Shown in pieces: positions 21,348-33,482 of a stretch of DNA of 64,000 nt; the first letter of the stretch is position 1, and each line of letters starts with the position of its first letter. The stretch is from contig NW_026250421.1 of NCBI RefSeq assembly GCF_024521635.1, positions 558,001-622,000 on the forward strand, read 5' to 3'. The stretch comes from Tricharina praecox. Taxonomy: Eukaryota. The notes beneath the pieces are model-generated. The model saw nothing but the letters and a program-made list of their open reading frames with translations. It did not search any database and was not told the DNA's origin. Made by a program: the position numbers and the translations under genes.

Positions 21348-22842
21348 TATACAACCCACGGATTCCATGGGTTCCACAGATGACCAAGGACCCGCCGCCG
21401 GCCACCGCGGCTCGCACCCTGGAGTGGAGTACATACTTCTTGTGTAGGGCAGTGCGGCCAGGGCTTCCTTGGAGGACAAACCGAGCAACCTGGGTAGATA
21501 CTCCACAGTACAAAGTCGATGCTGACCCCCCGGCTACGTATCTCGCATTGCATACCGGCCGTAGAGACAGACTGCAAGAAGGTGAATCGATCGATAGGTA
21601 GCCCTACCAGACTGCCTTCCTGGATACCGGTACTTGCTCGGCGGCGGCGGCGGAACTGCAGAGAACGAATGACCGAACAAACGAACGAGCCGGACATCTG
21701 CAGTGCGGCGGCGGCGAGTCGGCGACAGCGGCGACAGCAGCACTCTTAATACCGGTACTGTACTAAATCCGCATCTTGCAATCGACACTGCAAGCAATTT
21801 GAAGGTGAACCCTGAACGGCCACGAGGGGAGAAGGCCATTCGCCCACATCATCACCATCATGCACTCGAGCGAAAACGAAACGCGGGGCTGGCACCGCAA
21901 TCATACCGAGGGAAATGCGGACAAATACTGCAGCGAAACAGCCTACATTGCACTCTGGGCTACATGTTTTTTTGCTTGTTTCTGTAGGTATTGCATCTCC
22001 TCCCCCTCCTCACCCCACTCCACCCCGCCCCACCATGGGAATATAGTAGAGTGCGCATCTTGGCTGCCGATGTCGAGACTTCACCTTCCGATTTACGAGA
22101 TCATGTGCTTGCCTGCCTGCCTGCTTGCTGGCGAACGAGAGAGCGTTCTCGTGCAACACGGAGGGACGGCCGTACGGCGGACGCGCTCCAATGACTCAAA
22201 TTGCGGGAATCGGTAAAATAATAAAAGCGAGATCGTAGCTGTTGCAGTAGGTATCCTATACGAGTATCTACCTGAGAACCTAAGTACCTACTCGTTCGAT
22301 CAGATCAGCTCACTGCTCATCGGACTCGGCCCAGTGCCCCCGACGATCAGATCAGATCAGATCAAGGGCAATATTCCACGCCAGCTTTCCCCACCAGCTT
22401 CCCCCGCCAGCTTCCCCACCTCACCGGACCACCCCACTCCACTCCACTCCACTCTACTTCTTCCCCTGGGCTGGACTATTGATGGCGCAATACCCGTCCG
22501 CAATACTATAGACACACCTTATACACTGTACCATGCATATATACTCGCTCGTGTACCGCACCATATCTCTTGGCCGAAAATCCCAAGCAAGCAGTTAGTA
22601 GCTGGTAGCTAGAAGTAGCTACATACAGTGCGTACTGCGCCTCAGGTTCGTTACGGATTACCCTAGTTGGAACTTGGAAACGTCGATTGCGAGTGCGAGA
22701 GTGATTTTGTGGATTTCCCGGTTTTGGCGATGTCGTGCAGTGGTGTGGGCGGGTGATAGACGGAGGAGGAAGGGGATGAGGGGGAGGGGAAGGAGGATGA
22801 GGGTATAGTTATGCCCTCATGTTCCACCACCACCACCACCTG

Positions 22843-23105
22843 GTAAATCGATCGATAGGATGTACTACTAGTAGTAGATTTGTACATACTGAAAATCTGA
22901 AAACCGGGAATTTTTCAGCACGAGTACGACTACGACATCGTCGCTGGAAGGAAAGGGAGTGCCTACTAGTAGATCGATCGATAGATGTACTACTAGTAGT
23001 AGTAGATATGTACACACTGTAAACCTGTAAACCTGAAAACCCGGATCTTGTCAGCACGAGTACGACTACGACGTCGTAGCTGGAGGGAAAAGGGAGTACC
23101 TACTA
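22843..23105. repeat. Diverged tandem duplication, 2 x about 130 nt
   Basis: Both copies contain atcgatcgatag, tgtactactagtagtag, cagcacgagtacgactacgac and gggagt.cctacta. Confidence 0.85.
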
Positions 23106-25250
23106 CCTGGTAGGTAAGTATGTACGCATGTACGCATGTATCTACATACTTCATAACCATCCGCCGTCCATATGTAGTAGTTTACATGTGCGCAACCGCG
23201 GCGTAACTACCAGCGCCGTCACCACAGTGACACAGCCTTCCGATGGCCGAGTACATATCTTCAGGTGGGTAGATGGTCCGCCCATCCCATCCAATCCGAT
23301 CCATCCAATCCAATCGGATCCGGTAACTATGAGGCCTGAGGCCTGAGGCATGAGGCATGAGGGAATTGGCATAGGAGTCAAGACTCAACAGGTCTTCGTC
23401 TAGTCTAGCCGTCGGCTCCGCGCAAGCGAGCGGGTTACCGTTTCGACATGACAAGGGGGCGGCTTTCCCCCCCCTTTCGCTCCATACGGTAGCATACCGT
23501 AGCATAGCATAGTACCGTAGTAACTACATACTCGGTGTCTCGGAATTTTGTTTGTTGCAGTGATCGATGTATGTAGGTAACTACGTGGATGGTGAACCAT
23601 TAGCTCAGCATACCTATGTACAGACACACAGATATACAGGCAGACAGACATACAGGCAGACGTACCTGGTACATAGTAGTTACATCCAAACAGAAAAGCA
23701 GCCCCCACTTGCCGGCCGCCCCCATGTATGATGGCAAGTACCGTACCGTAAGCACGCATGTATGTACCTCCGTACTCTACATACACAACTAGGAACATAG
23801 ACATACATAGAGTAATTCGGCAGCAACCGAAGGAACAGAACAGAATATTACTCTACTCTACATAGATCATACTCTAACCCCCACCGCTTCTCCGTTCCGT
23901 TAATCCGCTAAATTTTCCGGCGGCCGGGGTGGAGGCAGACGCGGACGCGGACCGGGGACGGGATGGGGGCAGGAACTACTTTGGAACTTACTTGGAAGGC
24001 GGCAGTGGTCTCGACTGTCCCGATCTGGTATTATCCAACGGCTTTCGCCTTGCAAATTTTGTTGAGTGCAGTAGGCCTCCGAGGCGCGCAATCACCAGCG
24101 GCAATGAAAGAAAGAAAGCGAGAAAGAAAGAAAAGGAAGATTGAAATGAATGAAATAAAATGAAATGAAAATAATAATAATAATACTTCTGGATGACGGC
24201 CCGCACCGGGAGAGGAGGAGGAGGAAGAGGAGGGAATATTGTCTTTGCTCCGATTACTCTGCTCTGCTCTGCTGGGTTGATATTGATGATTACGGCTGTG
24301 GGCATGTAAAGAAAAGGAGAGACGCTCGACGACGACCAGCAGGGTGACGTGAGATGATTCCGAAGATGCACAGGCGGCAATCCCCCGTCCCCGGCCGCGT
24401 CTCTACATACCGTTACTCTGCGGATAAAAGCTTTTTTACTACCACGTACGCGAAGATGCGATTGTCCTGGTCTCATGCAGGAAGGAAGTGGTTCCCGGTT
24501 GACGACTCGGAACGTTCGAGACTCAAGTCAACACATCGTGCACGGTGCTGGTCGCAGTAGTCGGGAGCATAGTACTCGGTTAGTTTCACCACAGCCGCAG
24601 GCCGCAGGCCGTAGCCAGACGTTGGCCGGTTGGAACTTTCGTTGCTGCACACACATGCCCGGGTTAACTATATCATCCGTAATTGTAGCTAATTCCTACT
24701 TACGTATGTAGGCTGTTCCGAGCCGTTGACGTCCCAACTATTCCACCTGACTATTGGTTTCCGTGAATGAACCTGAACCCAGCGGTCAGCGTCCGCGTCC
24801 AGTACCGCCGAGCCCGGAGTGGGCTAGGGTTGCCGTGGGCCGGAACAACAAACCTCCATGAGGAGTGAGAGTGATGCTTGGGCCTATTTGATCGGTCCTC
24901 TCGCCGTCGGACTGGCAGCTTCATTGCTTCCGCCGTTGCGGGTTGCCAGCGCTGTGAGGACGCAGCTTACGTACACACTCAACAATCGGGGACATGGCAT
25001 ACATAGGTACTTGGTTAGTGAGAACACATGTTATCGATCGGCGGATAAGCACATCGATATCATCACGTTGTCTCTGTCTCAGATCACGCCCATGCCCGTA
25101 CCCATTTATATAGTAGGTATTTAGGCCATTCAGCTGATCGATCCGGGGGGAGAAATGAAGAGAATACTCCAGCCCCGGCCCCTGGCACGCCGCACGATGT
25201 AATCCGGGCTGGCGAACAACTCTCTGCGTATATAGTAGAGTAGGTGGTGG

Positions 25251-25300
25251 AGGTATTAGTAGGTATTAGTAGGTGTTAGTAGGTATTAGTAGGTATTAGT
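25251..25300. repeat. Minisatellite (aggtattagt) x5
   Basis: Directly visible 10-mer array with one variant copy. Confidence 0.85.
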
Positions 25301-28300
25301 AGTGGCCCGGGTACTAACTCGTTAGAGTACATAGTAGGTAGCGTAGAGGAGAGTACTGTTACCTATACTAGTAGTAGAGTATAGTAGTATAATAGTATAG
25401 TAGTAGTAGTACCAGTTGGCTACATACGGTACATATGGTTCTGATAACTCAGGCTAAAGAGTGATCGTGGTGACTGTGCGCAAGTACCCATGGTAGATGT
25501 GTATTCCATGAACCCATCAAGCGCAGGGAGCAGCCTTTAGGCCCCGCCCACACGGCCAACTACCGTAGGTACCGGTACTACCGTCTATACGGCGTCAAAG
25601 ACAGCCCCTTCTATCATAGCTAGCAGATTTTAACCATTAGCCAGCACAAACCCCGACCCGTAAACCGTAATTCGTAAACCGTAGCCCGTAACCCGTAGGC
25701 TGTAACCCGTAGGCTTTACTCCCAAGCCTTAAGCCTTAAAGCTATCCCGTGGCCCGTGCCCCGGATGTATACAGAAAACATCCAGCCGCCGCCAGAAGCC
25801 AGAAACCCGAAGCTATAAACCGGCGGCGGCAAGATTACTCTAGATCGCTTAATCCGCTGACATGACAAGACATGACATGTCGGACATGACAGATATGACA
25901 GGGCTATGTGTGCGCACTGCGCGAACACAACCACCCAGGAATCTCTGACTGATTGATTGACTGCTTGATTGAAACGAAACGAAACGCCCTACCCTGCTCT
26001 GCCTCCAGGCGGAAACACTGCCCGCTTTCCCGGCGAGCCAGCCAGCCAGCCAGCTAGTCTCGAGGCGAGTAGGTGAGACCAGGCCAGAGCTTAAACTGTA
26101 GCCTGTAGGAATATTGAAATTGCCTCGAAACGGTAAAGTGCACATTGACTAAAAAGCCGCCCAGACCAATGCTATACTATAGACTCTCTTCTTCTGTAAT
26201 TATGTAACTCTGTAATTTTGTAATTCATCTGTAATTCATCTGCAATGCAAGTAATGTACTTCGGCGCTGGGTTGACCTGACTTGGGGAAAATGCGGAAAC
26301 GTTAACCCTCCCTCGAACCCTTCCCCCAGTCGAATGACAGACAGAGAAACACGGGAAGCGGGGAGCGGGGGAGGGGGAAACAAAACACACTCTCTATATT
26401 AATATCAGAGTCATCTATGTACTATAAATCTATATACCTGTCTCTCGAGCTCTCGGAGCCTGGACAGTCGAGACAAGTTACTATACCACCTATACTATAC
26501 CACCTATACTATACTATACCAAGCGCCAAGCCCCAATATAGTAGCCATGTAGTAGCCATGTTGCCCGTCCGCCGCTGCTCTCCGCTCTCCATCTCCATGC
26601 GAATGCAAGCAATAGATCGTACGTTACGTTGCGTTACATTTTCGATCAGGATTCAGTTTGGATTTCTCTAGCTGTGGTGGGTTTTATTTCATGAGAATGA
26701 AAATACGGTCTCGCCGACTCAAAGGGAGCCATTGTGTGTAGTGTGTAGTGAGTAGTGGGTGGGTAAGTAAGTTGAGTTTAGTCAGGGAATGATGATTACC
26801 GATGATGACGGGTGACGGGTGACAGCACACTGCTTGCCGCTGCTAAGTGCTTCAATCATAGACGAAAACCGGGAAACCGTTCAAAACTTTGAAACTTTGA
26901 ACTTTGAACTTTGACCAGCATGTTTCTGTTTGGCCCCATACATCCATCCATACATCCATCCATACATCCATCCCCGTCAAATATAAACAAAAAGGCCAGC
27001 TTCCGGGGCAGTCAAGAGCGAATACACACCATACCGCACATACATCACATACATGGGGGCTCATCACAGCTTAGCATGTAGATCTGGCATGAAGGAAAAG
27101 CAAAGGCCGGGAAAAAAAACCTGGGGAAGAACAGCACTCACCCGCTCGTCACGCCAATCTACTATACACACATACATCCTACATACTTGGCCATGTATGA
27201 TGTATGTAGAGTAACCAAAGCCCAGCCCAGTCCCGCCCCGCCAACGGCCAATCTCCAACCTCCAACCTCCACGGCCAGCATCCTACTATGTAGGCAGCCC
27301 TGGTCTGCAAATCTGCAAGTCTGCAGCACTGCAACTGCAAACCCGGAACGAAACACGGCCAGCTTCCGCCTTCCGCCTTCCAAGTTCTAAACTCCGGAGA
27401 TTAGCTCTGGAAATCCCGATGTACATCATGTACATAAGATGTATGTGTATGTGCGTGATCGTCTGACATCTCTTAAATTATATTTCCAAACAGAACGAAA
27501 ACAAAAAAAAAGCCGGGGAAAAAAACACCGTTGATTAAAGACCCTCCCTCCCTCCCTCCCTCCTGAATCCCAGCGCAGATTCCGGTGTGCGGCGGGCCAT
27601 GGATGATGGATTTCGGCCGACGCGAGAAAGCTGCTGCTGCAACATATACTTTTTGCCTGTGCCTGTGCGGAGTTGGTTACAGCGGATGAAGAGACGGATC
27701 GGTATATCACCGCCCCGGGTGGGACCGTGGGCGATGTTTTTTTTATTTTTTTATTTTTTTTCTTTTTCTCTGCGTCGCTATCGGGGAGGGCAGCAGCCAC
27801 GCTTCATGCGGGGAGGGAATTAGGGAGGGGAGGGAGGGGTGGGTTGCGATAATTCCGAGCATCGGTCTGGTCCGACTTTCTGGATGGACTGATCACGGAC
27901 AATATAAGTGTCATGTACGGTATGGTATGTATGGCAGACAGGCAGCGTCCAGGCATTTGGCAAGATCTCGCTCGCTGCCGCCCCCTCCCCCCGTCCCCCC
28001 TCCTCCAAAAGGGAACAGATTAGATCCAGAAAGAACCCCGCAGATGGACGGACGGGGCGGTTGACGTAAAGGGTCTGACGGATTTTTTTTATGGGGGGGG
28101 GGGGGGGGGGGGGGGGCACAACAGCGAGCCTATTTTGATTAGCTGGTCTCAGCCAGCCCATCGCTCTGTTTTTTTTTTTTTGCCTTCCTTCTTTCCCGGG
28201 GAAACACAACTCGGACTGTGACGTTGCCGGGCGTGAGTAGAGGCTAAGAGGCAGAAGGCGCAGACAGGCGCAGACAGGCAGACAGGCAGCTGGCAGGCAG

Positions 28301-30287
28301 CTGGCAGGCTGGCAGGTAGGCAGGCAACAGGCGTACATTACTTACTTACGTTGGATGATGCCAGCCATGGCAGCCATGCTGCGAAGAGGCGCCAGTTAAG
28401 GTATGTAGGGCGAGGTGCCGTCCCCGGTTTTGCCAGACGCTTACTTCCCCGCAATTGCTCGCTATCCAGATATGAAACCAGTAGTCGGCGGCCCAGCTAT
28501 CTCGACGACATTGCATCATGCAACAGAGATGCACACCTGATCGGATAGTGTGGGGGCACGAGAGGAGGTTCCGTTTCGTCACCGCCTGCGAGACCCTGGG
28601 AAGAGCCTGGAGGTTCCGTAATCTCCCCTGATAGCGAGTCACTGCACCACCACTGCACGTACATAGGGATTCCGATCCGGAACCTTCACCGACGGCCGAC
28701 GACCGGCGTCACCTGCTGCTCTGCACACCGACATCGACGAAGACGATAAACATATCTGGCCGGGGTGGGGGAGAGACAAACAACGAGGAGCGGGAGAGGG
28801 GGAGGGGGATGAAGAGGGGGAGGGGGGGGATGAAAAGGGGGGGAAGGGGAGGGGGGTTGGACTCACCAAGACACTAAGACACCGCGGTTGGTGATACCGT
28901 AAGTACTCTAATGCGGTGGTGCTAGTCTTTTCTTTTCTTCGGTGGGCACCGTATGTTGTGCATGTACATACATCATACACGAATGGAGTACTCACTTAGG
29001 TACAGCCACGCATGGGTCTCGCCAGCAGATAGATAGCGGCGAGTTCCCTGGGATTGCAGCCCCCCACCCATGCCGAGGGGGGACTTTTGAAGGGCACGCC
29101 TGGCTCGTTGTCGGACCCCACATGTTCCTGATGATCCGGCGACGGGGGGCAGAGGCGTGTTGTGTGGGACATCGACAGCAACCTAGGCGACAGTCGGTGA
29201 TCGGGAAGTTGGCGGGATCAGGATGCTGCGGATGAGCCAAGCACTCCGCTGGACTGCGGGTCGGTCTCGAAACGAAGACACGACCGTTACGAGCTGCCAG
29301 ATTCCACCGTGCAGCCCTCATAGAGGGGCCAGGGCAATCCTGCGGTGTCCATCCGCACCTGGTGGTCAACCAGCCAGCCATCGTCGAGGCGGACGGTGCG
29401 GAGATGAAGCTTCCAGATAAGCAATCGTTTTCTCGGAGAGCCGTCCGTGTTCAGCAGCTGTGCATGTAGCTGAGTACCTAATGTACTTGGGCATGCTAAG
29501 TACACAGGTCGATTCGCAACCGGCGTGGTATTTTCCCGCAGCATATAGACCGCGGCCGATGGCCACTAGGCTCGAGCGAGTGAGGTGGCATGTGCAAGCA
29601 CTCGCATCGCATGCGAGACGATCGGCGAAGACGAGGGGACCTGACCGGGAATTCGAAGGTAGGCAAGTCGGTAAGTACCTGGGCAAGTAAGCATGTACCA
29701 AGCAAGTACCTGCTCCTTACACACTTGCTCACCCACATCCATACAAGCCCTCCCGGCCCACCGCGCTGCAGATCGGAGCCCATGAGAAGGGTTACATACG
29801 CCCGCCAGCATCCCACGAGAGTGTCGTTGGAGCCGGACACTCTAGAGCATTGTACACTGGCGCCCGCACGCACGTCTGTAAGTAAGAAGCATGTAAGTGA
29901 GTGAGAAGTGCGTACCTGCTCACTCACTCACCTGCTCGACAGACCCCTACTTTTCAAACGGCTCGGGGCTGGAGGGGAGAGCCTGCTGCAGTGCAGCTGC
30001 TCGATCGATGCCATCGTCCCAACCTTCCCGAACGGTCTGGCCTTCTTTTTTTCCCGTTTTTTTTTCTTTTTTTCTTTTTTTTTTCTTTCTTCCCGTGTGT
30101 TTCGCGTGGATCCTTTCCTTGCTTTTCCGCCTGCTGCTTGCTGCTTGTTTTTTGTTATTCCTCGCCTTTCTGTGTTATTTTTGACGCTTTTCTTCAGCAT
30201 TTCCCCGGCCACCTGCATCCATCTATCTGGTCTGCATCTGGAACGGGGCCAAAAATAATAAGCTGCAGGAGGGGCACAAACGACAAC

Positions 30288-30322
<35 letters not shown>

Positions 30323-30479
30323 TGTTCGTGGCCACTCACCTTACTTAAAGTTCGTGAGAGGGAAGCTCAAGAACAGACGAACACTTCCCCTCCTCCCACA
30401 GCCCTTTGCCTCCAAGAGCTCGAGTTGCTTCCCTGGACCCACATTCGACTCCCCTCCCCTCCCCAACTCGTCTTCGTCC

Positions 30480-30600
30480 GCCGCCTCCTCCACCGCCTCC
30501 TCCACCACCTCCTCCACCACCTCCTCCACCTCCCCTACCTCCACCACCTCCTCCACCTCCCCTACCTCCACCTCCTCCACCTCCTCCACCACCTCTACCC
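30480..30600. repeat. (cct/cca)n C-rich trinucleotide tract
   Basis: About 120 nt of cctccacc repeats upstream of the velvet gene. Confidence 0.9.
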
Positions 30601-31859
30601 ACACGCCGATTCCCTTCCTCGGCCCGCCCTAACCGTGGCCGCTGTCCCCCGATCTACCGGCCAACAAGACTTTTCTCCCGCTGTCCCTTCACCCCCATCG
30701 ATCGTTAGCACTCTAACGAGCCACTCTAACGAACACTCCTCGGCGCCGCTGGTGGTTGGCCTGGCCTGTCTCGCCTTGTCGCTATTAATTCACTTGCACG
30801 TCCACCTCAACCCCGTCCGCCTTCCATCCATCTGCCACCCACTGTTCCGAATAAAAAAATAATCCCACTACGCCCCACCTTGTTCTCCCGTCGCCGCCAC
30901 CGTACGCCACACCACCGCTGTTTCATCCCGTCGTCGTGTTGACCCCCAGTCCTACATACCACAGACCGCTCCCTTGTTTGCCAGCCCAGCGTCGTCCGCC
31001 GTCCGCCGTCGTCGTCTCCGCTCGTTTGACCGGCCCCCCGTAATCTGCTGTTGCTGTTGCTGTTGCTGGCCGTGTGTGTGTGAGCGTCCATCATAACACT
31101 TGTTCCCTAAGATCGATCGGCCGCCCCAGCACATCATCAACTTCGGCTTCATCGTCAGAGTCGTCACGCCGCCGCTGCCTCCGCCGCCTCTGCCTCCGCC
31201 GCCGCCGCCGCACGCTTCCCCATCTGGTGGCTGCTCTTTCGTCTCGTCTCCTGTGTAAATATCCTTCCGGCCTCCCGCATTACCGTAATCCCGCGCCCTC
31301 GGTTACCTGCGCTCTGTCCTGTTGGTTGTTCTGGTGCCTTTTCTTTTTTTTCTTCTAGTCTTTGCGAGCCGTGGCCGCCAGGAAAGCGTGGGGACGGACG
31401 GGCGAATCGACTGCGCTGGCCCACATCGTCAGGGGCGACAACGACAAGACAACGCTAAGTCGTGATAAACAAGCGCGTTATACCGCCGACAGCGTTATCG
31501 CCGGGGTCGTCTCTTCTTATCCGTGCAGAGTAGAGGCAGCTCACCGCGCAAAAGACAACGACACTCTGATTCCGACCGACTCAGCGTGGCCGACACGCAG
31601 AGAAGTTACACACTAACTACGCCCAGTCGAGAAACCGGACAGTGGCCGCGGGCATAACATCTACAGCCTCACCATTTCTGCACTCGGCAACCGTTCTTCT
31701 TCTTCTTCTTCCTCTTCCTCTTCTTCTTCTTTTTGCCAGGAACCCTCACGCCTTGCCTCCCTCCCACCCCCCCCCCCCCCCCCTCCACCCCTCCACCCCC
31801 GTTCTTCTTCCCCACACCCCACACGCAGTATCTGGAGTAGATGCTGCGGACGAGCGTGG

Positions 31860-33482
31860 ATGATGTCGCCTGGACCCCCTCCTCAGCCACCGCCGAGGTC
31901 CCTCCCGCCGTCCTCTGCCGCCATGGCCGATTCCCCGCGTCCGTTCCATTCCCTCGCCTTTCCGCACCATCACCAACTACCCCCGCCTTCTCTACACTTC
32001 GGCAATTCTCCGGTTACCGCGCCCCCCAGTTTTCCCGGTCACATCCTCGCGCCCATCGCAATCCCTGGTCCCGGCCTCAATCTCATTCATAGCACAAGCG
32101 GCAGCGGGGGATCGACACCGCCGCGGCACCACTCTGTTCTGCAGCAACCAGGTCTTCTCGCGCACGTTGCACCACCACCACCATCCCACCACGACCAGCA
32201 GCACCCGCAGCACCACCAGCACCACCAGCACCACCAGCACCACCAGCAGCAGCACCACCACCAGCAGCACCAGCCGCACCACCACCAACACCACCACCAG
32301 CAGCAGCACCAATCACCCGCTCCCGTTTCCCATCCCCAGCCCCATCCGCATGTCAATGGTCGAACCAATTCGCCGTTCGGCCGTCCGCCGCATTCCCACC
32401 CTACAACCTTCGCACCCTCGACCACTGCACCCACATTTCCCTCAGCGCCTCCATACGATCCAGCCTACGACTCTCGCTACAGTCGTGAACCCGACGATTG
32501 CAGAAGGTACAACCTTGTTCGCTCTCGTGTTCCGGGCGGTGCGGGGCGGGTGGGGAAATTGCGCTCAAAATCTAACTTTCGCGTGCGGGGCAGGTCCAGT
32601 TTAAGCACCATGGCTCCGTCACCAACTTTCGCGGGACAGATGACGTCGTCGGAAGGTAGTGGTAGCTACTCTTCGGGATTCTCGCTACCTCCCGTCGCTG
32701 CCGAGGAAAGTGGTGGCAGTGCGCGTCTCGACGCGCCACCGCTGGGCCGCAGGTGAGCCCTCTCCTCTTCCTTCACGTCGGCATCACCGTCGCAGATGGT
32801 GCATCGTAGCTTACACTCTTCGCGTAGCCAGGGCGGAAATTATCAGATCCATGTGAGACAACAACCGGCGGCGGCCCGGGCGTGCGGGTTCGGCGAGCGG
32901 GACCGGAGAGTGATCGACCCACCGCCAATAGTCCAACTCACGATCAACGATCCGGTGACCGGGCTCGCGGATGCGAACGAAATACGATACCCGTTTAACG
33001 TGATGCATTGTACGTTGTGGAGCGAGGACGGCACCACGGATGAGACCGCGTTGACGGGCGCCGACAAACGCATAACCCGCAGACTAATGGGCACATTGGT
33101 TTCGTCGCCGTTCGTGGGGTTGGACGAGGCCGGGAATGAGGGCTGCTTCTTTTGCTTTCCCGACCTGTCGTGTCGTACACATGGCAAATACCGGTTGCGC
33201 TTCGTCCTGATGAGACTGGAACCTTCCGACCTGCAACCCGAGGGTTATACGCCGGTCATCACTCAATGCATGAGCGACGTGTTTTCGGTCTACACGGCAA
33301 AGGAGTTCCCCGGAATGCGTGCCAGTACCTACCTCACGAAAGCGCTGAAGCGACAGGGTTGCGCCATCTCCGTCAAGAAGGGGAACGAGAAACCAGTTGA
33401 ACAGGCGGGCGGCAGTGGAAGGGACGATGAGAGCGGCGATGAGGACTCTACGACAGACACAAAACGTCGGCGGAAGACTTGA
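31860..33482 (+). CDS. velC: Velvet-domain developmental regulator, VelC-like; His/Gln/Pro-rich N-terminus
   Basis: Velvet signature YQIHVRQQPAAARACGFGERDRRVIDPPPIVQL...FCFPDLSCRTHGKYRLRF...VYTAKEFPGM. Introns 32507-32593 and 32753-32827 are phase-consistent. A C-terminal velvet domain after a long disordered N-terminus is the VelC layout. Start codon and subfamily are less certain. Confidence 0.85.

Noticed and set aside
22843..25300. CRISPR-like reading of the repeats
   Set aside because: Eukaryotic context; the repeats are tandem without unique spacers and there are no cas genes.
29901..30862. Poly-Pro, poly-Gly, poly-Glu and poly-Ser/Thr ORFs
   Set aside because: Produced by a stop-free trinucleotide tract; no convincing start or splice link to the velvet CDS.
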